Of a DNA stretch of 64,000 bases, positions 55,101 to 64,000 are shown one piece after another. The notes below the pieces were generated by a model. That model searched no databases and was not told the DNA's origin. It saw only the letters and a program-made list of their open reading frames with translations. Each line of letters opens with the position of its first letter. The first letter of the stretch is position 1. Made by a program: the position numbers and the translations under genes. The stretch lies in NCBI GenBank assembly GCA_964016885.1, contig OZ024745.1, positions 65,162,001-65,226,000 on the forward strand. Direction: 5' to 3'. The stretch comes from Eledone cirrhosa. Taxonomy: Eukaryota.

Positions 55101-58100
55101 CCATTTTTTATTTGGGGGATCCATTTTTTATTTGGGTGATCCATTTTTTATATGGGTGATCCATTTTTTATTTGGGGGGATCCATTTTTAATTTGGGTGA
55201 TCCATTTTTTATTTGGGGGATCCATTTTTTATTTGGGTGATCCATTTTTTATTTGGGGGATCCATTTTTTATTTGGGTGATCCATTTTTTATTTGGGTGA
55301 TCCATTTTTTAATTGGGCGATCCATTTTTTATTTGGGGGATCCATTTTTTATTTGGGTGATCCATTTTTTAGTTGGGTGGTCCATTTTTTATTTGGGTGA
55401 TCCATTTTTTATTTGGGGGATCCATTTTTTATTTGGGTGATCCATTTTTTATTTGGGGATCCATTTTTTATTTGAGTGATCCATTTTTTATTTGGGTGAT
55501 CCATTTTTTATTTGGGGGATCCATTTTTTATTTGGGTGATTCATTTTTTAATTGGGGGGTCCATTTTTTATTTGGGGGATCCATTTTTATTTGGGTGATC
55601 CATTTTTTATTTGGGGGATCCATTTTTTATTTGGGTGATCCATTTTTTATTTGGGTTGATCCCTTTTTTATTTGGGGGATCCATTTTTTATTTGGGTGAT
55701 CCATTTTTTATTTGGGGGATCCATTTTTTATTTGGGTGATCCATTTTTTATTTGAGGGATGCATTTTATATTTGGGTGATCCATTTTTTATTTGGGGGAT
55801 CCATTATTTATTTGGGTGATCCATTTTTTATTTGGGTGATCCATTTTTTATTTGGGTGATCCATTTTTTATTTGGGTGATCCATTTTTTATTTGGGGATC
55901 CATTTTTTATTTGGGTGATCCATTTTTTATTTGGGTGATCCATTTTTTATTTGGGGGATCCATTTTTTATTTGGGTGATCCATTTTTTATTTGGGGATCC
56001 ATTTTTTATTTGGGTGATCCATTTTTTATTTGGGTGATCCATTTTTTATTTGGGGGATCCATTTTTTATTTGGGTGATCCATTTTTTATTTGTGGGTCCA
56101 TTTTTCATTTGGGGGATCCATTTTTATTTGGGTGATCCATTTTTTATTTGGGGGATCCATTTTTTATTTGAGTGATCCATTTTTTATTTGGGTTGATCCC
56201 TTTTTTATTTGGGGGATCCATTTTTTATTTGGGTGATCCATTTTTTATTTGGGGGATCCATTTTTTATTTGGGGGATCCATTTTTTATTTGGTTAATCCA
56301 TTTTTTATTAGGGGGATCCATATTTTATTTGGGTGATCCATTTTAATTTGGAGATCCATTTTTTGTTTAGGTGATCCATTTTATAATTGGGTGATCCATT
56401 TTTTATTTGGGGGATCCATTTTTTATTTGGGGGATCCATTATTTATTTGGGTGATGCATTTTTTATTTGGGTGATCCATTTTTTATTTGGGTGATCCATT
56501 TTTTATTTGGGTGATCCATTTTTTATTTGGGTGATCCATTTTTTATTTGGGGGATCCATTTTTTATTTGGGTGATCCATTTTTTATTTGGGTGATCCATT
56601 TTTTATTTGAGGGATCCATTTTATATTTGGGTGATCCATTTTTTATATGGGTGATCCATTTTTTATTTGGGGGATCCATTTTTTATTTGGGGGATCCATT
56701 TTTTATTTGGGGGATCCATTTTTTATTTGGGGGATCCATTTTTTATTTCGGGGATCCATTTTTTATTTGGGTGATTCATTTTTTATTTGGGGGATCCATT
56801 TTTTATTTGGGTAATCCATTTTTTTTATTTGGGGGTCCATTTTTTATTTGGGTGATCCATTTTTTATTTGGATGATCCATTTTTTAATTGGGTGATCCAT
56901 TTTTATTTGGGTGATCCATTTTTTACTTGGGGGATCCATTTTTTATTTGGGTGATCCATTTTTTATTTTGCTGATTCATTTTTTATTTGGGTGATCCATT
57001 TTTTATTTGGGGGATCCATTTTTTATTTGGGTGAACCATTTTTTATTTGGGAGATCCATTTTTTATTTGGGTGATCCATTTTTTATTTGGGTGATCCATT
57101 TTTTATTTGGGGGATCCATTTTTTATTTGGGTGATCCATTTTTTATTTGGGTGATCCATTTTTTATTTGGGGGATCCATTTTTTATTTGGGGGATCCATT
57201 TTTTATTTGGGTGATCCATTTTTATTTGGAGATCCATTTTGTATTTGGGTGATCCATTTTTTAATTGGGTGATCCATTTTTTATTTGGGTGATCCATTTT
57301 TTATTTGGGTGGTCCATTTTTTATTTGGGTGATCCATTTTTTATTTGGGGGATCCATTTTTTATTTGGGTGATCCATTTTTATTTGGGGATCCATTTTTT
57401 ATTTGGGTGATCCATTTTTTATTTGGGTGATCCATTTTTTATTTGGGGGATCCATTTTTTATTTGGGTGATCCATTTTTTATTTGGGGGGGTCCATTTTT
57501 TATTTGGGGGATCCATTTTTATTTGGGTGATCCATTTTTTATTTGGGGGATCCATTTTTTATTTGGGTGATCCCTTTTTTATTTGGGGGATCCATTTTTT
57601 ATTTGGGTGATCCATTTTTTATTTGGGGGATCCATTTTTTATTTGGGGGATTCATTTTTTATTTGGGTGATCCATTTTTTATTAGGGGGATCCATTTTTT
57701 ATTTGGGTGATCCATTTTTATTTGGAGATCCATTTTTTATTTAGGTGAACCATTTTATAATTGGGTGATCCATTTTTTATTTGGGGGATCCATTTTTTAT
57801 TTGGGGGATCCATTATTTATTTGGGTGATCCATTTTTTATTTGGGTGATCCATTTTTTATTTGGGTGATCCATTTTTTATTTGGGTGATCCATTTTTTAT
57901 TTGGGTGATCCATTTTTTATTTGGGGGATCCATTTTTTATTTGGGTGATCCATTTTTTATTTGGGGGATCCATTTTTTATTTGGGTGATCCATTTTTTAT
58001 TTGGGGGATCCATTTTTTATTTCGGGGATCCATTTTTTATTTGGGTGATTCATTTTTTATTTGGGGGATCCATTATTTATTTTGGGTGATCCATTTTTTA

Positions 58101-61100
58101 TTAGGGGGATCCATTTTTTATTTGGGTGATCCATTTTTATTTGTAGATCCATTTTTTATTTGGGTGATCCATTTTTTAATTGGATGATCCATTTTTTATT
58201 TGGGGGATCCATTTTTTATTTGGGGGATCCATTATTTATTTGGGTGATCCATTTTTTATTTGGGTGATCCATTTTTTATTCGGGGGATCCATTTTTTATT
58301 TGGGTGATCCATTTTTTATTTGGGTGATCCATTTTTTAATTGGGGATCCATTTTTTATTTAGTTGATCCATTTTTTAATTGGGTGATGCATTTTTTATTT
58401 GGGGGATCCATTTTTTATTTGGGGGATCCATTTTTTATTTGGGGGATCCATTGTTTATTTGGGTGATCCATTTTTTATTTGGGTGATCCATTTTTTATTT
58501 GGGGGATCCATTTTGTATTTGGGTGATCCATTTTTTATTTGGGTGATCCATTTTTTATTTGGGTGATCCATTTTTTATTTGTGGGATCCATTTTTTATTT
58601 GGGTGATCCATTTTTTATTTGGGGGATCCTTTTTTTATTTGGGTGATCCATTTTTTATTTGGGTGATCCATTTTTTATTTGGGGGATCCATTTTTTATTT
58701 GGGTGATCCATTTTTTATTTGGGTGATCCATTTTTTATTTGGGGGATCCATTTTTTATTTGGGTGATCCATTTTTTATTTGGGGGATCCATTTTTTATTT
58801 GGGGGATCCATTTTTTATTTGGGTGATCCATTTTTTATATGGGTGATCCATTTTTTATTTGGGGGGATCCATTTTTAATTTGGGTGATCCATTTTTTATT
58901 TGGGGGATCCATTTTTTATTTGGGTGATCCATATTTTATTTGGGGGATCCATTTTTTATTTGGGTGATCCATTTTTTATTTGGGTGATCCATTTTTTAAT
59001 TGGGTGATCCATTTTTTATTTGGGGGATCCATTTTTTATTTGGGTGATCCATTTTTTAGTTGGGTGGTCCATTTTTTATTTGGGTGATCCATTTTTTATT
59101 TGGGGGATCCATTTTTTATTTGGGTGATCCATTTTTTATTTGGGGATCCATTTTTTATTTGGGTGATCCATTTTTTATTTGGGTGATCCATTTTTTATTT
59201 GGGGGATCCATTTTTTATTTGGGTGATTCATTTTTTATTTGGGGGGTCCATTTTTTATTTGGGGGATCCATTTTTATTTGGGTGATCCATTTTTTATTTG
59301 GGGGATCCATTTTTTATTTGGGTGATCCATTTTTTATTTGGGTTGATCCCTTTTTTATTTGGGGGATCCATTTTTTATTTGGGTGATCCATTTTTTATTT
59401 GGGGGATCCATTTTTTATTTGGGTGATCCATTTTTTATTTGAGGGATCCATTTTATATTTGGGTGATCCATTTTTTATTTGGGGGATCCATTATTTATTT
59501 GGGTGATCCATTTTTTATTTGGGTGATCCATTTTTTATTTGGGTGATCCATTTTTTATTTGGGTGATCCATTTTTTATTTGGGTGATACATTTTTTATTT
59601 GGGGGATCCATTTTTTATTTGGGGGATCCATTTTTTATTTGGGGGATCCATTTTTTATTTCGGGGATCCATTTTTTATTTGGGTGATTCATTTTTTATTT
59701 GGGGGATCCATTTTTTATTTGGGTGATCCATTTTTTTAATTTGGGGGTCCATTTTTTATTTGGGTAATCCATTTTTTATTTGGGTGATCCATTATTTAAT
59801 TGGGTGATCCATTTTTATTTGGGTGATCCATTTTTTACTTGGGGGATCCATTTTTTATTTGGGTGATCCATTTTTTATTTTGCTGATTCATTTTTTATTT
59901 GGGTGATCCATTTTTTATTTGGGGGATCCATTTTTTATTTGGGTGAACCATTTTTTATTTGGGGGATCCATTTTTTATTTGGGTGATCCATTTTTTATTT
60001 GGGTGATCCATTTTTTATTTGGGGGATCCATTTTTTATTTGGGTGATCCATTTTTTATTTGGGTGATCCATTTTTTATTTGGGTGATCCATTTTTTATTT
60101 GGGGGATCCATTTTTTATTTGGGGGATCCATTTTTTATTTGGGTGATCCATTTTTATTTGGAGATCCATTTTGTATTTGGGTGATCCATTTTTTAATTGG
60201 GTGATCCATTTTTTATTTGGGTGATCCATTTTTTATTTGGGGGATCCATTTTTTATTTGGGTGATCCATTTTTTATTTGGGTGGTCCATTTTTTATTTGG
60301 GTGATCCATTTTTTATTTGGGGGATCCATTTTTTATTTGGGTGATCCATTTTTTATTTGGGGATCCATTTTTTATTTGGGTGATCCATTTTTTATTTGGG
60401 TGATCCATTTTTTATTTGGGGGATACATTTTTTATTTGGGGGATCCATTTTTTATTTGGGTGATCCATTTTTTATTTGGGGGATCCATTTTTTATTTGGG
60501 GGATTCATTTTTTATTTGGGTGATCCATTTTTTATTAGGGGGATCCATTTTTTATTTGGGTGATCCATTTTTATTTGGAGATCCATTTTTTATTTAGGTG
60601 ATCCATTTTATAATTGGGTGATCCATTTTTTATTTGGGGGATCCATTTTTTATTTGGAGGATCCATTATTTATTTGGGTGATCCATTTTTTATTTGGGTG
60701 ATCCATTTTTTATTTGGGTGATCCATTTTTTATTTGGGTTGATCCCTTTTTTATTTGGGGGATCCATTTTTTATTTGGGTGATCCATTTTTTATTTTGGG
60801 GATCCATTTTTTATTTGGGTGATCCATTTTTTATTTGGGTGATCCATTTTTTATTTGGGTTGATCCCTTTTTTATTTGGGGGATCCATTTTTTATTTGGG
60901 TGATCCATTTTTTATTTTGGGGATTCATTTTTTATTTGGGTGATCCATTTTTTATTTGGGTGATCCATTTTTTATTTGGGTGATCCATTTTTTATTTGGG
61001 TGATCCATTTTTTATTTGGGTGATCCATTTTTTATTTGAGGGACCCATTTTATATTTGGGTGATCCATTTTTTATTTGGGTGATCCATTTTTTATTTGGG

Positions 61101-64000
61101 GGATCCATTTTTTATTTGGGGGATCCATTTTTTATTTGGGGGATCCATTTTTTATTTGGGGGATCCATTTTTTATTTCGGGGATCCATTTTTTATTTGGG
61201 TGATTCATTTTTTATTTGGGGGATCCATTTTTTATTTGGGTGATCCATTTTTTTTATTTGGGGGTCCATTTTTTATTTGGGTGATCCATTTTTTATTTGG
61301 GTGATCCATTTTTTAATTGGGTGATCCATTTTTATTTGGGTGATCCATTTTTTACTTGGGGGATCCATTTTTTATTTGGGTGATCCATTTTTTATTTTGC
61401 TGATTCATTTTTTATTTGGGTGATCCATTTTTTATTTGGGGGATCCATTTTTTATTTGGGTGAACCATTTTTTATTTGGGGGGATCCATTTTTTATTTGG
61501 GTGATCCATTTTTTATTTGGGTGATCCATTTTTTATTTGGGTGATCCATTTTTTATTTGGGTGATCCATTTTTTATTTGGGTGATCCATTTTTTATTTGG
61601 GTGATCCATTTTTTATTTGGGGATCCATTTTTTATTTGGGTGATCCATTTTTTATTTGGGTGATCCATTTTTTATTTGGGGGATCCATTTTTTATTTGGG
61701 TGATCCATTTTTTATTTGGGGATCCATTTTTTATTTGGGTGATCCATTTTTTATTTGGGTGATCCATTTTTTATTTGGGGGATCCATTTTTTATTTGGGT
61801 GATCCATTCTTTATTTGGGGGTCCATTTTTTATTTGGGGGATCCATTTTTATTTGGGTGATCCATTTTTTATTTGGGGGATCCATTTTTTATTTGAGTGA
61901 TCCATTTTTTAATTGGGTTGATCCCTTTTTTATTTGGGGGATCCATTTTTTATTTGGGTGATCCATTTTTTATTTGGGGGATCCATTTTTTATTTGGGGG
62001 ATCCATTTTTTATTTGGTTGATCCATTTTTTATTAGGGGGATCCATATTTTATTTGGGTGATCCATTTTAATTTGGAGATCCATTTTTTGTTTAGGTGAT
62101 CCATTTTATAATTGGGTGATCCATTTTTTATTTGGGGGATCCATTTTTTATTTGGGGGATCCATTATTTATTTGGGTGATGCATTTTTTATTTGGGTGAT
62201 CCATTTTTTATTTGGGTGATCCATTTTTTATTTGGGTGATCCATTTTTTATTTGGGTGATCCATTTTTTATTTGGGGGATCCATTTTTTATTTGGGGGAT
62301 CCATTTTTTATTTGGGGGATCCATTTTTTATTTGGGGGATCCATTTTTTATTTCGGGGATCCATTTTTTATTTGGGTGATTCATTTTTTATTTGGGGGAT
62401 CCATTTTTTATTTGGTAATCCATTTTTTTTATTTGGGGGTCCATTTTTTATTTGGGTGATCCATTTTTTATTTGGATGATCCATTTTTTAATTGGGTGAA
62501 CCATTTTTATTTGGGTGATCCATTTTTTACTTGGGGGATGCATTTTTTATTTGGGTGATCCATTTTTTATTTTGCTGATTCATTTTTTATTTGGGTGATC
62601 CATTTTTTATTTGGGGGATCCATTTTTTATTTGGGTGAACCATTTTTTATTTGGGAGATCCATTTTTTATTTGGGTGATCCATTTTTTATTTGGGTGATC
62701 CATTTTTTATTTGGGTGATCCATTTTTTATTTGGGGGATCCATTTTTTATTTGGGGGATCCATTTTTTATTTGGGTGATCCATTTTTATTTGGAGATCCA
62801 TTTTGTATTTGGGTGATCCATTTTTTAATTGGGTGATCCATTTTTTATTTGGGTGATCCATTTTTTATTTGGGTGGTCCATTTTTTATTTGGGTGATCCA
62901 TTTTTTATTTGGGGGATCCATTTTTTATTTGGGTGATCCATTTTTTATTTGGGGATCCATTTTTTATTTGGGTGATCCATTTTTTATTTGGGTGATCCAT
63001 TTTTTATTTGGGGGATCCATTTTTTATTTGGGTGATCCATTTTTTATTTGGGGGGGGTCCATTTTTTATTTGGGGGTATCCATTTTTATTTGGGTGATCC
63101 ATTTTTTATTTGGGGGATCCATTTTTTATTTGGGTGATCCCTTTTTTATTTGGGGGATCCATTTTTTATTTGGGTGATCCATTTTTTATTTGGGGGATCC
63201 ATTTTTTATTTGGGTGATCCATTTTTTATTTGGGTGATCCATTTTTTATTTGGGGGATCCATTTTTTATTTGGGTGATCCATTTTTTATTTGGGTGATCC
63301 ATTTTTTATTTGGGTGATCCATTTTTTATTTGGGGGATCCATTTTTTATTTGGGGGATCCATTTTTTATTTGGGTGATCCATTTTTATTTGGAGATCCAT
63401 TTTGTATTTGGGTGATCCATTTTTTAATTGGGTGATCCATTTTTTATTTGGGTGATCCATTTTTTATTTGGGGGATCCATTTTTTATTTGGGTGATCCAT
63501 TTTTTATTTGGGTGGTCCATTTTTTATTTGGGTGATCCATTTTTTATTTGGGGGATCCATTTTTTATTTGGGTGATCCATTTTTTATTTGGGGATCCATT
63601 TTTTATTTGGGTGATCCATTTTTTATTTGGGTGATCCATTTTTTATTTGGGGGATACATTTTTTATTTGGGGGATCCATTTTTTATTTGGGTGATCCATT
63701 TTTTATTTGGGGGATCCATTTTTTATTTGGGGGATTCATTTTTTATTTGGGTGATCCATTTTTTATTAGGGGGATCCATTTTTTATTTGGGTGATCCATT
63801 TTTTATTTGGGTGATCCATTTTTTATTTGGGTGATCCATTTTTTATTTGGGGGATCCATTTTTTATTTGGGGGATCCATTTTTTATTTGGGTGATCCATT
63901 TTTATTTGGAGATCCATTTTGTATTTGGGTGATCCATTTTTTAATTGGGTGATCCATTTTTTATTTGGGTGATCCATTTTTTATTTGGGTGGTCCATTTT

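Larger units (their letters stand above)
28640..55600 (+). repeat. Large tandem duplication, unit ~12.46 kb (copy 1 ~28.6-41.1 kb; copy 2 ~41.1-55.6 kb including an extra ~2-kb internal duplication)
   Basis: More than 20 ORF pairs sit at offsets 12461-12465 (28809/41271 through 39337/51802). Shared private variants: GAGT-GATCCATTTTATA 33537/46002, CCATTCTTTTTTTGG 37318/49783, GATCAA 38110/50575. Confidence 0.9.
1..64000 (+). repeat. Tandem satellite array, 20-bp monomer GATCCATTTTTTATTTGGGK, ~3,200 copies, running off both window ends
   Basis: The monomer is readable on every line from base 1 to 64000 with no inversion or foreign insert seen. Two major variants occur (GGGT-GATCC and GGGG-GATCC), plus minor substitution variants and 18-22-bp length variants. 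Confidence 0.99.

Noticed and set aside
296-63834. Many + strand ORFs of 60-141 aa encoding GDPFFIWVIHFLFGGSIFYL-like repeats
   Set aside because: They are translations of the satellite. The starts I checked are TTG or GTG within the monomer, the ends are set by the T variant or by indels, and no non-repeat coding sequence is present.
1-64000. CRISPR array
   Set aside because: Monomers are directly adjacent with no unique spacers, leader or cas genes.
1-64000. Sequencing or concatemer artefact (rolling-circle product or noisy reads)
   Set aside because: Rare substitutions and homopolymer-length variants recur in identical order tens of kb apart, which indicates inherited variation rather than random error. 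Local misassembly of individual duplications remains possible.
1-64000. Canonical G-quadruplex array
   Set aside because: G3-G5 tracts are separated by about 15-17 nt, well beyond the usual 1-7-nt loops. Weak or intermolecular G4 cannot be excluded but is unsupported.
1-64000. Absence of minus-strand ORFs as evidence of + strand coding
   Set aside because: The minus-strand monomer contains a nearly invariant TAA that closes each frame every 60 bp, which fully explains the asymmetry.
1-64000. Plasmid iterons or a bacterial origin GATC cluster
   Set aside because: Those comprise a few to tens of repeats next to rep or dnaA-associated sequence. Here there are thousands of copies and no genes.

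Overview
The whole 64-kb window is one uninterrupted head-to-tail satellite array of a 20-bp monomer, consensus GATCCATTTTTTATTTGGG(T/G), about 3,200 copies (64,000/20), 30-35% GC, all in one orientation. I see no unique sequence, genes, RNA genes, transposons or CRISPR spacers. Every ORF in the track is a translation of the repeat. The information lies in the variant monomers. A frequent T/G dimorphism often falls in a 3-monomer (60-bp) rhythm. Rare variant monomers recur in fixed order and show a nested hierarchy: 0.3-0.6-kb cassettes, a ~3.7-kb unit, local tandem duplications (320, 397, ~1,002, ~1,381, ~1,633, ~2,050-2,500, ~2,700 and ~3,200-4,100 bp) and a ~12.46-kb duplication. One copy of the 12.46-kb duplication carries a length-matched ~1.35-kb replacement patch. 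This is most consistent with eukaryotic heterochromatic satellite (centromeric, pericentromeric or subtelomeric). I cannot identify the organism or family, and I found no direct evidence of a novel gene system, so the functional ideas below are hypotheses. Block boundaries were read by eye and from ORF-track offsets and are approximate (about +/-100 bp).
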